DNA of 64,000 bases from Eledone cirrhosa (taxonomy: Eukaryota). Below are positions 1 through 13,960 of this stretch, in pieces. The DNA is taken from assembly GCA_964016885.1 (NCBI GenBank), contig OZ024741.1, forward strand, positions 59,830,001-59,894,000, read 5' to 3'. How positions within the stretch are numbered: the stretch's first letter is position 1; each line of letters opens with the position of its first letter. Both the position numbers and the translations under genes were made by a program. Under the pieces are notes generated by a model. The model saw only the letters and a list, made by a program, of their open reading frames with translations, ran no database searches and had not been told where the DNA came from.

Positions 1-320
1 TTAAATTTATTAATATGCGTGCACACGTGCGTGCGTGAGTTTGCGTGCGTTTGTGCGTTTGCGTGTGTGTGTGTGTATACGTGCGTGTGGTGTTTTACTT
101 ACGCCATTTTGTTCAGTGACAACATATTCACTAACTTACACTCATTCCAACCGCTGCTCTTACTGTTAACCCTCTCCCTATCCATACCACGGTTAAGACA
201 GCACCCATGGCCTAGCAATTATATAGTCAACCGTTCGGAAATCACATGCATCGGTTTTAATTCACTGACGAGTTTACTCCTTATAATGAGTTTCAGTGTA
301 CTTCGTCCTGCTTTTAGGTC

Positions 321-3300
321 ATGCATCGAAGGAAGAGATACTCCATTGGCCGAAAAACTGCGAAAGCAGCAACAAGAACAGGGCGGGCAAACGAATCTGC
401 TATTCGACGGTCGCAAGATGCTAAACATGCTGCCACCAGAAGAGCACTTGAAACAGACAACCAAGGAACCATTCGCCGAACCGCTAATGCCGCATCAACT
501 TCTGTTGCGCGAGCTGCCGAGACGGAAGACCAGCGTAAAAGACGTCAGAGTACGGATGCTGCGAATACTGCTGCCGCTTGAGCTACACAGACCTCGCAAG
601 AATGAGACATTCCACTACAATGTAATGTTCAACGAAGGGCCTTTGGGCAGGGTATTTCAAGGCCGTGTTGCTCACGATGGTCCTTAAAAGCATTCGTGTA
701 CAACCCTGACTATGATTACAGTGGCCATCCAGACATGCGAATTGGGAGTATGTCAAAGACGTGCTCTTACTGCAATGCAAAAAAGTGGCCCAGAGAAACA
801 CCTGGCTTGTGTTGCGCAAATGGAAAAGTAAAATTACGGCTCCTGGAGGATCTACCACAACCGTTGAAGTTCCTATATTCAGGCAGTACTGCGGAGTCAC
901 TGAATTTCTGACTTACATCCGGAAGTATAACTGTGCATTCCAAATGACATCTTTCGGGGCGAACATTGTCAAGGAAAGCGGATTTATGCCCACATTTAAG
1001 GTGCAAGGTCAGGTGTACCATATAATCGGATCCCTCCAACCTGCCGCCAATCAAGAACCCCAATTTCTTCAGCTGTACATTGTTGGGAATGTCAACGAGC
1101 AGGCAGCCATGAGGAACTCCATTTCACCTGGTACCAACGTCGAACTTATAAGGAAACTGCAAGACATTCTGCACACAAAAAACAGCTGTCATTAGCTTCA
1201 GCTATGCCTTGGAAGCAGATACCACAGCCAATTTTAATGTGGTAATTGATGCCTCGAAAATGCCATCTGGGGAGCATCCGGCTCGGTATAATTATCCTGC
1301 ATGCAATGAAATCGCTGTGCTTATGCATGGGGGTCAGCATAATCCAAGAAACATTGTCGCCAAGCGTCGAGATAGCATTCTTTAGCGAATCAGCGAAACA
1401 CATAGGTCTTACGATGCGCTCCAGTATCCACTTCTCTTTGTAAATGGTGAGGACGGCTATCAGTACGGAATTCACCAGCATAATCCAGTAAACCCTCAAA
1501 ACTCCGTCAAAAAACCAGTTTCATGCATGGATTTCTACTGCTACCGCTTCATGGTTCGTCACGATTGCTTCAATGACCTACACCAGTCAAGAGACCTACT
1601 TCAGCAATTCGCCGTTGATATGTGCGGAAAATGGAATAGGAGAGCCTGTGTTTCATACGGTCACACCAAAGGCAACTGCGGTCCAAGAGCTACATCCATC
1701 TCCGAGATGCCATCAACAATGACGCAGCTCCCAGTAGCGTAGGAAAAGTCTACATTCTCCCCTCCACCTTCACCGGAAGTCCGCGCTACATGCACGAGAG
1801 AACGCAGGGTGTTATGACCTACGTACGGCATTACGGCAAGCCCGATTTGTTTCTTCACATTCACTTGCAATCCAAAGTGGAAGGAGATCGGGGCAGAACT
1901 GTTCCAAGGGCAACAGGCCAAAGACAGGCATGACCTTCTGGCCCCAGTCTTTCGGGTGAAGCTTATCAATCTTATGGAGCTCATCAAGAGCGGGCAAGTC
2001 TTTGACCCAGTGAAGTGCGACATGTACACCGTAGAGTGGCAGAAGAGGGGCCTAACGCACGCCCACAGCCTCATTTGGCTGTCGACAAAAATATCTTCAA
2101 ATGACATTGACAGCATCATATCCGCAGAGTTTCTTGATCCGTCTATAGATAAAAACCTCTATGACATAGTGAAGACAAACATGGTCCATGATCCATGTGG
2201 GTGGGGTTTCAATTTAAGCTCACCCTGCTTGAACGACAATATCTGCAGCAAAATATTTTCCCCGAAAGTTCTTCCAAGAAACCCAGACAGGCGTTGACGG
2301 ATACCCACTGTACAGGCGACGCCAACCCGGAGTCGGTGGTTTTACAGCAACAGTTGGACAGCACGAGGTCGACAACAGATGGATAGTGCCATACTGCCCT
2401 TTTCTTTCCAATACTTTCGATGCTCTCATCAATGTCGAGTTCTGTAATTCCGTCAAGTCAATCAAGTACATATGTAAATATGTGAATAAGGGTTCAGACG
2501 CTGCTATGTTCGGTCTTCAACAGGACAACAGCCGTGACGAGGTCACGCAATACCAAGTTGGCCGTTACATCAGCAGCAACGAGGCTTTCTGGCGTATTTT
2601 CGGCTTCCCTATACACCAAAGGCACCCTGCAATTGAACAGTTCGCAGTCCACCTGGGGAACGGTCAAAAGGTGTACTTCACTGACGTTAATGCTGCTCAA
2701 ATGGTGGGGGGAACCACGGGAAATCACCCTCACTGTATTCTTCAAACTTTGTCAGGCCGAATCATTTGCTAAAACCCTGATGTATCCTCAGGTGTGGTGC
2801 TATTACACATGGAATAAACAACAATGGGTTCGCAGAAAGGCAGGTCAGCCTGTTGATGGACATCCTGGCATAAAGTTTGATAGTTGCCTAGGGAGAGTTT
2901 ACACAGTGCACCCGAACCAGCATGAGTGCTTTTACCTCCGTATTCTGCTACATGAGGTAAGAGGACCCCAGTCCTTTCATGACCTTAGAACTGCGGACGT
3001 TTCATTATGCTGCACTTACAGGGAAGCTTGCTTCAAGCACGTCCTGCTAGAAGACGGTGCGCAGTGGGATGCCACTTTATTGGAAGTTGTTGCATCTCAA
3101 TCGCCTATGAGCCTACGAGCTCTATTTGCAGTACTGCTGCAAACTTGCGAACTGAGTAATCCTATCTCTTTGTGGCTCAAGTATAAAGATGACTTATCCG
3201 AGGACTACAAACGTCAGGCGCAAGTGCAATACCCTGAGATGGAAGGTACCAGCGACGAGGTCTTCAATCTAGCGTTAATTGACATAGAGGATAGAGTTAC

Positions 3301-3849
3301 ATCACTCGGCGGAAATATGGTCTGCCCCAATGGTCTGCCCCAAACAACCCGTACAGGGTCAAACGTACTTGCTAAAGCTCTTTCCGAGAAACGTCCTACA
3401 ACGTCGATGCTCTTACCAAGTACGCCCTTGAAACCGGACCAACGTCGTGCTTACACCATTGTTGCCGACCATGTGCGACACAGAAAAGGAGGTATGTTCT
3501 TTCTGGATGCTCCTGCGGGGACGGGCAAAATATTTTTAACGAGACTCCTCCTTGCAAAAGTCAGGATGCACAAGGACATTGTGGTTGCTGTTGCCTCTCC
3601 TGGAATTGCTGCCTCTTTGTTGCCCGGTGGCAGGACCGCACACTCCAGTTTTAAATTGCCTCTCAATTTAACGTCAGAAACGCCTACTTGCAGCATCAGC
3701 AAGACCACCGACCAGGGCCAAGTCCTAAAACGATGTCAGCTCATTGTGTGGGATAAGTGCACCATGGCCCGTAAGGGAGCTCTGGACGCATTAAACAGAG
3801 CTCTAAAGGACATCAAAGGCTGCCAGGCTCCCATGGGAGGTGTTACGCT
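321..3849 (+). mobile_element. Helitron RepHel (HUH Rep + PIF1-like helicase), frameshifted and 3'-truncated
   Basis: Successive ORF pieces give an R/E-rich N-terminus (321-581), zinc finger CSYCNAKKWPRETPGLCCANGKV, YNCAFQMTSFGA, Rep motif VEWQKRGLTHAH, KSIKYICKYVNKG, and helicase motifs FFLDAPAGTGK, GGRTAHSSFKLP, IVWDKCTM and PMGGVT. The sequence breaks into a pyrimidine-rich tract at ~3849. Confidence 0.95.
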
Positions 3850-4186
3850 TTTTTTCTTTTTTTCCTCTCCTCACTTTCTTTTTCCTTTTTCTCCGTCTTC
3901 TTTCCTTTTATTCTATTTTCCTATCTTTTTCTTACTATTATATTTTCTGTCATATGTAGGTTTTGCAATTTCCTGTTGACAAGTGATTTTAGGCCTCATA
4001 TCATGTTACCTTATTTTATCTGATGAGAACACATTTTTTGTCCCAGGATGATGTTGTTTTGGAAATGCGCATTATAAAATATATGGAACTTCTTTAACCA
4101 TCTTTTAATTTCTTCTATAATATATACTCCAGTTCTACCAACTGTTGAGTGCTACCTATTGTTCTACAATATTACTCACCTTCTAC
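3850..4186 (+). mobile_element. PLE-type 3' end (pseudo-LTR remnant) interrupting the Helitron
   Basis: Pyrimidine-rich tract, then an HHR (4013-4080), then TTGAGTGC (4145-4152), ending at (TA)n. This is the same layout as the 3' UTRs of the coding PLEs in this window. Confidence 0.65.
4013..4080 (+). ncRNA. Minimal type I hammerhead ribozyme
   Basis: Stem I ATTTTAT (4013-4019)/ATAAAAT (4074-4080); CTGATGA 4020-4026; imperfect stem II; GAAA 4062-4065; palindromic stem III ATGCGCAT; predicted AUU cleavage triplet. Confidence 0.75.
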
Positions 4187-4329
4187 ATATATATATATAT
4201 AAAACATCTAATGTATACACTATGAGCCTTAATACATACAACTATTTTATACGCCGCGAATTACATAAAAAAATACAAGAAAACCACAGCATTAACATAG
4301 ACGGTCTTAACATAGTAAACAAATCTTAA

Positions 4330-5374
4330 AATATCAGATAGAACCGAGCCTCTTACACCTTGTGAATCTACTTTTAATCTGAAAGATCATAAATGTAACT
4401 TCGAAACCAACCCTACCATTAGATTGATATCTCCTTCAAAATCAGATATAGATAGGATTAGTAAGTTTATACTAGATAGAATATTACCACAAATTAAGAA
4501 ACAACTAATTATCAAGCTCTGGGGTAACGCAAGTGAAGCAATAGACTGGTTCAACTCATTAGACAATAAAGAATCGCCCGACTTTATACAATTTGATATA
4601 AATGACTACTACTCTCCTCTCTTCCCAGTCACCCTTAATAAGGCATTATCCTTTGCCCAAAATCATTCGGATCTTTCAGCAGATGAAGTTAAAATAGTAC
4701 TAGCCGCTAGACGAACTATCATTAAATTCGACAATAGCTACTGGGAGAGAAAAAGTAGACTGAATATCTTCGATATCACTATGGGATCGAACGACTCAGC
4801 CCAGATCACAGACTTGGTTGGAATTTATATAGCATATTTCTTACATAAGAAATTTGGTAACTTACAAATACACGCCAAAGTACACCACCACAATACACCA
4901 ACAAATCTAATTCGCAGCCCATACATAACAATCTTCAAAATCATATAGTAGAACTGGCGCATAGCCACTTACCCGACAATTGCCCTCCACTAAACAGATG
5001 CCTTGAGATAAACGTAGTATACTTGTGTATTATCAACTCAGGTAGCTTGGCATGTTATTACATTGGTTCCACAGCTGATGTTTTCAAAAAACGGTGGTAC
5101 GTGCACAGACATTCTATGGTTAATAAGAACCAATCAAATACAACAACTCTTGCAAATAAAATATGGCAACTCACAAATGCAGGCAGTAAATACGAGATCA
5201 GCTGGAAAATACTATAATTTGCTAAAGCCTATCAAACTGGTATGTAGGCTCTGTAATATGGAGCTCTTCCAAATTCTTAATTTTAGTAAAACCCTTCTTA
5301 ACAGTAGGATTGAACGAACTATTTTTTGCCGGCATAAATCAGCATCTAAGTTCCTGAACTTTAGACCAACTTAA
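4330..5374 (+). mobile_element. Penelope-like retroelement (RT + GIY-YIG endonuclease), internally deleted, Naiad-like
   Basis: RT: LKDHK..NPTIRLISPSKSDI..ISKFILDRI, FIQFDINDYY, FDITMGSNDSAQITDLVGIYI. After a deletion, GIY-YIG: YYIGSTADVFKKRWYVH, TTLANKIW, CRLCNMEL, LLNSRIER..CRHK. Clade assignment is from recalled motif similarity. Confidence 0.9.
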
Positions 5375-5890
5375 CTCCATTTTCTTCTCCTTATTCCTCT
5401 TTACACTTCTAGAACTTATTACGATATCAAATTACAACAAACTTCACAATTGTGTAGGAATAACCTAAAAACATTTGTATTAACATCATTATTTTTATTT
5501 TTATTTTTTATTTATATTTACATCATTTATTATCGTATATATATACATCTTTCACCATGTGTCGTTATATTTCTCCACTTAAACATATCCTATCTCGATC
5601 ATTTTATCTTATAATATAATACATCACAAACTAGCTATTTTACATAGTAATGTATATTCGCCCGTGTGTTTATTTTCTTCTCTCTATTCTTCATATCCGT
5701 ATATTAATTTTCCCCTCTATATTTTCTCTTCTCTCTTCTTCATATCCCCATATTCTTGATTAATTTCTACCCCCTCTACTCCCTCATCCCTCTTAATCTT
5801 CCTCTATTTCTTTCTCATCTTCCTTACTTATCCTTCCCCTTCGCCTATAATATACCCCCCCCCCATCTCTCCTTCTCTACACATATCTTT

Positions 5891-6092
5891 AGTCTTGTAG
5901 TTATGCAATAGATGTTTGGTGACGTGTGGACAACGTGTGAAAAATTCACTTCTCGTGTTTAGGCAATCACTATTGCGTAATCTCTTTAGGATTATATATA
6001 TACACACATGCATCACGTATATAACGAAGGTGTATGGCTTAGTGTTTAGGCTACTCGGCTCATTATCATGATTTATATTCCAGTCACCTCAT
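5891..6092. repeat. 202-bp direct duplicate of 6785-6986
   Basis: The segment from AGTCTTGTAG to CAGTCACCTCAT is identical by eye at both places. It contains a minus-strand PLE C-terminus (LNTRSEFFTRCPH) joined to a SINE head. Confidence 0.9.
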
Positions 6093-6279
6093 ACGATAGG
6101 TTAATTTCGTAAAGTTGGCGGTTATACTTTTAACTGCATCTTAATTCCTTCTTTCTTTCTTTCTCTCTCATTTCCATCTGTCTTCCTTCCTTTATTTATT
6201 CATCATTAACAATAGTATTGATGTAGTAGTTTGAAATTTTAAGTTTACCGTTACGCATATATTTTATATTTCTTAATGG

Positions 6280-6381
6280 TTTCCGATGAAATGGTTGAAT
6301 TTAAATGTATTGTAAGTTGAATTATACTTCTCCAGTATTTAGTAATTTATAGACAATTCTACGATGGAAACAATTGTAAGA
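6280..6381 (+). ncRNA. Degenerate type I hammerhead in the 3' UTR of the 4330-5374 PLE
   Basis: CCGATGA (U4>C) 6283-6289, long imperfect stem II, GAAA 6367-6370, palindromic ACAATTGT stem III, GUA triplet, 3-bp stem I. Confidence 0.5.
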
Positions 6382-6514
6382 CTATAAATAAATACCCTTG
6401 TTCGTTTTGTCAACCATGTTATGCTTAACTTATATATATATATATATAAAAGTAAGTTAATATATATTAATATATATATATATATATATATATAAAAGTT
6501 TATATATATATATA

Positions 6515-6890
6515 TAAGTGGTTTCACAACAGTTAGTTCACCATACCGAGAACAATTGTTTCACCTTCGCGGATCTTCAGCTCGGGATGTGTATAGTTAT
6601 AGGAACAGGAAGGACAACCGTACGAACGCGCATGCGCAGAAATTCGGTCACTTCACACAGGCAATACTAGAGTGCGTGCGGGGGGGGGGGGGTGTAAGGG
6701 AGATAACTGCGAAAATCCGGAAAGTTTTTTGGTTGAAAATAAAATTTAAAAAATTTAAAATAAAATTACAAAGAATCAGTCCGGAGTCTTGTAGTTATGC
6801 AATAGATGTTTGGTGACGTGTGGACAACGTGTGAAAAATTCACTTCTCGTGTTTAGGCAATCACTATTGCGTAATCTCTTTAGGATTATA
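6515..6890 (-). mobile_element. PLE 3' end (C-terminus ...LNTRSEFFTRCPHVTKHLLHNYKTPD*, plus 3' UTR)
   Basis: PLE C-terminal LNxRSE..C.H motif on the minus strand, followed by a UTR carrying an HHR and ending at (TA)n. Confidence 0.75.
6546..6585 (-). ncRNA. Minimal type I hammerhead ribozyme (40 nt, intact core)
   Basis: Minus strand reads CCGAG CTGAAGA TCC GCGAA GGT GAAA CAATTG TT CTCGG: 5-bp stem I, short stem II, palindromic stem III, GUU triplet. Confidence 0.85.
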
Positions 6891-6917
6891 TATATACACA
6901 CATGCATCACGTATATA

Positions 6918-7210
6918 ACGAAGGTGTATGGCTTAGTGTTTAGGCTACTCGGCTCATTATCATGATTTATATTCCAGTCACCTCATTCTGATTTTGAATA
7001 CGACACAATTTTATGTTGCTCCAGTCCACCTAGTAGGCAAAAATGCGTTGTTCCCTTAGTTCACATACCTTTCCTGTTGCATACTGTATCACCCTGATAA
7101 TCACGTGTTGGGAAAGTGCTCAGCCGCTTGCACATTGATTTCATGAGCAAGGGATTCTTTTGATTAAACAAGTAGAACATCAGTCGTCGATACCGACGGA
7201 GGACCAACAA
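6918..7210 (+). mobile_element. Degenerate tRNA-derived SINE
   Basis: A-box-like TGGCTTAGTGTTTAGG at the 5' end. Similar decayed heads occur on the minus strand near 42880-42995 and 48480-48580. Confidence 0.45.
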
Positions 7211-7457
7211 CACCATCCGTCATTATCATAGCAATGCAATTATTATATCCTTTGTAATTTTATTCACAGTTTGTCTTATTAATTTCTAAAGGGATACTTT
7301 GTTTGTAAGCTTTTTTATTGATTACGGATATAGAAAGAAATATCTCTAAATGCATCTATTTCAATGGATGTTGAAACGAACAAATAAAGCGGCGTTATAT
7401 CAGAGTTATCACAATATCGTATAGAATGTTTTCCGGTATTCGTTCGATTCTACTCAC

Positions 7458-7660
7458 CTTCTCTCTGAGAAAAATCCGTTTTGTTTCGACCTGGAGAAGT
7501 ATGGGCTTCATTAGATTTTAAATGCCCATGATACGTTGATAGTAACGACGACGTTCCTACGACTCCACTTGAAGATAATGGGACATGACACGGCAATGAA
7601 TTTTGGGTGTAACGAGTGGGGTCATGGAACGAATTAGATTCCACACTACACGCTTACAGC
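7458..7660 (-). CDS. Candidate host coding exon (S/T/H-rich, unknown protein)
   Basis: Non-repetitive open frame (ESNSFHDPTRYTQNSLP...KTDFSQREG) ending at a consensus donor AG|GTGAGT (plus strand ACTCACCT, 7452-7459). The acceptor position is uncertain. Confidence 0.35.
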
Positions 7661-8069
7661 AACTAATTTGGAAATTAATCTTTCAATGCCAATAAAGAAT
7701 ATATCAGTGATTTATTTGTTGAAAATATTGTCTAGAGAAGTTAACAATGAGAATATCTTATCTTGAATTCGCAGTCGGAATCTGTCTGATATATTTAAAT
7801 GTGTTATCATTGATATACTGCTACTGATAGAACATGTCTAGACTAACATAAAATCTATCCGTTACCAGTAGCTGTGATGTAATTAAATATAATTTCACTT
7901 GATTAAGGAGAACATCTCGTATCGATCTTTTGTTTGATGAGCTAAAATGAAGGTTAATGCAGTCAGCAATCATTTCAGGGTAAAAACGGATGCAATGTCG
8001 GCTATCGAAATTTTTCCCACTGTGAAAAGTGTTTATAGAAGACAGGTGATAATACACACACACACACAC

Positions 8070-8105
<36 letters not shown>

Positions 8106-8334
8106 ACACCCACACACACTCATAATATATATATATTATTTATTTATGTTTATACACGAAACAAGAGGCGTTACCGCAGATTTCAAATCCCAATATTGAA
8201 CATATCCCCAGAATATGAGATCAAAATTGTGAACTATCTTCAGCTGCTTATATGAGGCTATAAGATAGCGTTAAAGGTAATTTGTGCTAAAAACACGCTA
8301 ATTTACAAAAAACGTGTTGTAACAAAAGAATATA

Positions 8335-8510
8335 ATTATTTCTACTTTAGGCACAAGGCCAGCAATTATCGAAGTGCATTACTTGTGCTTTATTTTATCG
8401 ATCTCTTAAGGATGAAAGGCAAAATTAACCTTGGCGGGATTTGAAATCAGACCATAAAGGGGCATAACTCTATGCTGCAAAGTATGGCGTCCGCCGCTCT
8501 ATCGATTACG
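8335..8510 (-). mobile_element. tRNA-derived SINE copy (same family as 42586-42772)
   Basis: Shared core GGATGAAAGGCAAA..TAACCT.GGCGGGAT and tail GGCACAAGGCC. Confidence 0.85.
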
Positions 8511-8643
8511 ATCACGGATAAAAGCAACCGAAATAGGGTTCCTCTGATAAAGCGAGTAGCTCGGAGATCAGAGAGTCACTCGATAAATTGAAAGATCACT
8601 GTTCAGATACTATGGACATGTGTGGAAGAAGAAGGAGAAGAAG

Positions 8644-8674
<31 letters not shown>

Positions 8675-9384
8675 GTTGATGCTGGAAATCAGCGACAACA
8701 TCAGGTGCAAGAAATTGAATAGCAAAGAAAATCAAAATACAAAAATTTAAGATTTTACTACTTTCTGTCTTACATGACTTTTAAGAAGTTTTCAAAAATC
8801 ATGTCGGAATATCTTGGTAAAAATTTCATCAAATTCACTAGATAATGTTTTCAACTAAACATCTTTTAGCACTACCAGTCGATGTTAGCACAATTTCTTT
8901 TTTCTGTAATATGAAGTGGTCATAAAAGAAAAGAAAATATACTAAAGGTCATATATACATGTATACACACTGTCTCTCACATATAAGCACATACACACGT
9001 ACTTCTGCACATACACATGTACTTCTGCACATACACACGTACTTTATTTCAAGGTTGTGAGAGGCGTTCACATTTGTATAAATTCCCAAAATATGAATCA
9101 ACTCTCTATATAGATATAAATGTACCCATAGAAATGCACACAACCCTCCCACACACACACATGCATACATACACATACATACATACACACGCTTGTATAT
9201 ATGTATGGACATATGAGGTGTGAAAGAAAAGTAACAGGACTTAATGTGCTATGGGAGTTATGAGTGGGGTGGGGATTAACGGGTTATGGCACATGTAACA
9301 ATATCCACGATATAATAGCGATCTCAGCTATCTGTGTTTTCCAGCTGTTTTTGTTAACAGCTCCTCAATTTTAGGTCGTCAAGC

Positions 9385-9945
9385 GATGGACACAGAGCAA
9401 AGAACCAAACTAAAGTTTCTGGTCTGGCTGGAAAACACCTCGTCAGAATCATTCGGAATGCTGCAGCAAGTATATGGAGATGAGACGATGTTGTACTCAC
9501 AGGGTTTCCAGTAGCACAAAAGGTGGAAGACGACCCCAGGAGCGGATTCCCTTCAATAAGCACAACTGAGGTCAACGTTGTGAGCGGGAGGCAGGGGGTG
9601 CGTGGGGATCGTCGGCTGACAGTTCGACTGATAGTAAGTGAGCTTAGCATCAACAGCAACAGTGTTTGGAAGATTTTTCACCGAAGATCTGCGTGAAGAT
9701 GCTGCCAAAGCTACTGAACGATGACCAGAAGGAGAGGTGCATGTTGATGAGTCTTGAAAGAGAACCAAACTTGATGTGGAGAGTATCACCGGTGATGACT
9801 CATGGTTATTCAAGTACGACCTGTTTTCAGACTTGGAAGCCATCAAGTGGGCCCTGACGGCGAAGCGGCAGAGAATCCCGTGAGAACCCTTCCAGCATGG
9901 TGGAGAAGGATGGTAAATTTCGTGAGACTCAGTGTGGCTGAAAGA
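9385..9945 (+). mobile_element. Tc1/mariner (mariner-type) transposase relic
   Basis: Translation gives EQRTKLKFLV..MLQQVYGDETM, DDPRSG.PS, DRRLTVR, KMLPKLLNDDQKERC and ITGDDSW..YD, with frameshifts and deletions. Confidence 0.85.
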
Positions 9946-10599
9946 GATCCAACGGTATATTGTCTATACATTACACCAGAAACATACAGCATCAATGATG
10001 ATACATTTGTCACTGTGACAGGAAAACTTATAAGACAAGAAACCATCATAAAGATACGTGATTGTCGGCTAGTGGTAAAAAAAACAAAACAATTAACATT
10101 CTATCGGATGTATCTTATCAATCTCTAGCAGCAGGCACTCGGGGTAGATGTACATATACCAATCTGGTTGACATGAGTAGAAACAATATTGGTCCCGCAA
10201 TGCACTGCCGACCTAGTGCATGCCAGATTCTAATGTATAAAATATATACAGCCTGTCTGAACTTATTCCTCCAGGTGTACTGTGACAATAATAACATCAT
10301 CACAGATGAGCAAGCAGCTGAGGAGAAAGATGTGTGGGTGTGTGTTGAACAACTATGTGATCAATGGGGCTATGGGATATCTTACTAATTGCCTCAGTAC
10401 AAACTTTGTGAGGCTGACCTTCACAGAGCCAGATAAGAGTCAGTTAGAAAGAAGATTGGAAGTAGACTCCACTACTTGAAATGTAAAAATGTGTGAAACA
10501 TTTAAAAATTCTGTACGTAATAAATGCATATATACATGTATAGATACAGAAATATATACACACAGACAACACCTCTAATATTACCTATACCTGATCACA

Positions 10600-10825
<226 letters not shown>

Positions 10826-11843
10826 AAATAACATGCGTATTTTCCTAGTTGATATTGTCTAGATTCCAATGAAAGTGCCTTGTTTCTATGTTAGAAACCA
10901 GCTGTCACTATTGGTGAGCATTTATATAATAATAAACCAGCAAAATCATCCATCCATACATTCTTATATACATACATACATGTGTACACATACATGCATA
11001 CATATATACGTGCCTACATACATGTCTACATACATACATGCCTACATACATAATGATGTAAGGCAGAGACCAACATATAGAATCATACTGAGTAGCTATG
11101 CAAACTGCATTAACTTGATGCTGGTTTTCAAACCAAACGAAGCTATCTATATGCGCCGACAATACATAGATGTCAGATACAACTGGAAAAATGATTTTAA
11201 TGCGCCGTTTAACGCCACAATATTCAATAAATTCTGTAAAGAGAAGGACTTTATGAATATTATCTATCTTCGCTATATCTGCGGATACATATTTCTCAAA
11301 ACATATCGGCAAACTATCAACAACACACCGGGAGCTCAAAGGCTAGCCTAAGAAATATTTACTAAAGGTATCCTGAGATTGATATTGACAGGTTTGAAGT
11401 CCTGGTAGACTACTCCTGACAGATATCGTGGACTACTCCTGACAGATACCTATGAACTGAAGTATATGCAAAAAACAAAAGACATTCAAAAAGCATAGCA
11501 TCAATGGCAGAACCATGAACTACTAGAATGCATTATCGCGTTTCCCCGTTCCTCATTCGAACGTCACCGGAAACGATACACCTCCATATATATGTGACAG
11601 AATCTCTAGTCTTGCTAAGAATTTAGTATACAAACCGATTTTCTGAAACAGGGTTCATGAACAATTGAATATTGTTGTGAACTATGTGTGAGATCAAGAT
11701 TTTGGTGGATAACGTGATAAAAGTTGACATGATACACGACGTAATATATTCCCGTTTGCTAGCTTCAAAAACAGGAGTCGTATTGTACATATAGAAATAT
11801 CATTTGTGACATGTACGTAATGTTATATCCTGATATATCGGAT

Positions 11844-11950
11844 ATCCCGCCGAGGTTAACTTTGCCTTTCATCCTTACGGGGTCGATAAAATAAAGTACC
11901 AGTAATGCACTGATGTAATTGCTGGCCTTGTGCCAAAAGTAGAAACAATT
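11844..11950 (+). mobile_element. 5'-truncated SINE copy
   Basis: ATCCCGCCGAGGTTAACTTTGCCTTTCATCCTTACGGGGTCGATAAAATAAAGTACC...GGCCTTGTGCCAAAAGTAGAAAC matches 42586-42772. Confidence 0.9.
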
Positions 11951-12248
11951 ATTATCATTTATCATGTTATATCTTATGTTGCGGTATATCATGGATTAAA
12001 CTATTTTCCATTTGGTTTAGAATGGGTATTATGACAGACAAACAATAAAAGTCTGTATGGTATGTCGGCGTGTGGGTGTATCACTAATGTCTGTGTATGT
12101 GTCTCGTCTGCGTGTGCGTGAGGAATCATTCATAAACTTAAAACTATTCTATTTTTAAATATTACCGAACATAAAAAGGAAATATGTATCATGTTTGTCT
12201 GTGATTATATATACATGTATATATTGTATCTCTCTCTCTCTCTGTATA

Positions 12249-12282
<34 letters not shown>

Positions 12283-12369
12283 GTGTGTGTATATATATGT
12301 GTGTGTGTATGTATATTTAAATATATGTGTATGTTTGTGTGTCTATACAAACATACACTAATACATACG

Positions 12370-12402
<33 letters not shown>

Positions 12403-12442
12403 ACACACATACGCGCGCGCACACACACACACAGACACACGC

Positions 12443-12528
<86 letters not shown>

Positions 12529-13699
12529 TGTGTGTGTGAAATGCGCGTGTTCGTGTGTCTGCGTGTGTGTGTGCGTGTGCGTGTATGTGTATCTTTTCTA
12601 AATATATAATGTCTAGCCTAGCTTTGTTCTGATAAAAACACAAAGAAACCGAAGAGATATTGTAATAAATATAACAACAGACAACTTGAAATCGGTGTAA
12701 ATATTCATTCTGCTGAGCTAGAGGAAATTAATTTTAAACTGACATGTACATAGACATGATAAAATAGTAAATTATACTACTTCAGTTTTTTTTTATTGGA
12801 GATTTGGTATCATTTTCTTAAGAAAGAATTGCTTAGTGAATTGATGCCAGTGTCATTATTCTCTCGTGTCAAGACCATTTTCACTGATCGACAGTTCTCA
12901 ATAACTGCTTCTTTGTATAGAAGCTTGTTATGTAGTTACGTTAAAGAAAATTCCTCAAACTTATAATAATCACACCAGTCACAAACTTCTTCAAGAAATA
13001 AAAAAAGGAAGAAAATCGATAAACGTCTTTTATGATTGTAAGTGTACTTAACATTTGATGGAGCTGTGAGGAGTGTTGTAAACTAACTAAACTTATTATA
13101 ACATCCGAGCGAGCTGGACTGATTCACTGAGTTTTTGAATTCCAGATGAAGAGAGTTCACTTCGCTGACACCACTGATATCGTTTGAGAAGATACTAAGG
13201 TTATGCAGTCAACAGTAATCAATATTTGATTGAGATGTGACTAGCACCATAATATTCGTTTGGATTCTGTGTGAAGTGGGATTTTAATAAAAATGTTAAC
13301 CGACTGAGACCGATCAACTTATATTAAAGCTACGTATAATATTTAAACACATTGTTGGATTTCCATCGTTTCCGACGTCAATTGTTCCAGTTGTTCAAAC
13401 AATGGAACAGACAGCTTGTAAAATGTCGAAATTTTCCAATGCTTCTTACGTCAAATGAATGTTCATACTTCTAGTTACAGGCTCAAAATCTTCTAAAATT
13501 GTAGAATTACTGGTCAGTGATTGGTTAGCATATTAGTTAGAGCATTCGCCCTACACCTTGCATGTAACTCTTTCCCCATGTTTCTGTATCCAGTGTGAGT
13601 TTCTCAACTATTATTTATAGTGATCCACTATTATTGTCATTTAACTATTTTATCAGCTTCAAACATATTCAGCAAAGTTCTTCAGACATTTTCAAAGCT

Positions 13700-13960
13700 C
13701 AGCCATTGACGTTTAAAGAAGATGGAAGTGAATTAAACTACATGGGTAAGATGTATGATCAATGTTCTAAATGTGGTACATTTCATGTTGTTAAGAGAAA
13801 GTTTCTTTATGAGCTTCCATGGACACCCTCTGCTAATGAAAGGGTGTTGATAATTACTACCATCTCCTAAGCTTAAAGACATGTTAATCCAAGAACTGAT
13901 AATGCTGTGAAATCGAAATTTAATATTAAGGCTTATAACTCTGCTTTAATTTTTACGTGA
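13700..13960 (+). mobile_element. Old Helitron N-terminal fragment
   Basis: LNYMGKMYDQCSKCGTFH (zinc-finger start) followed by NIKAYNSALIF, comparable to YIRKYNCAFQMTS in the 321-3849 Helitron. Confidence 0.5.

Noticed and set aside
261-300. CTGACGAG followed by a small hairpin
   Set aside because: No GAAA box or stem III in a position compatible with a hammerhead.
19-687. 222-aa ORF
   Set aside because: Starts in a TG/TGCG microsatellite and overlaps the Helitron N-terminus in another frame; no recognisable domain.
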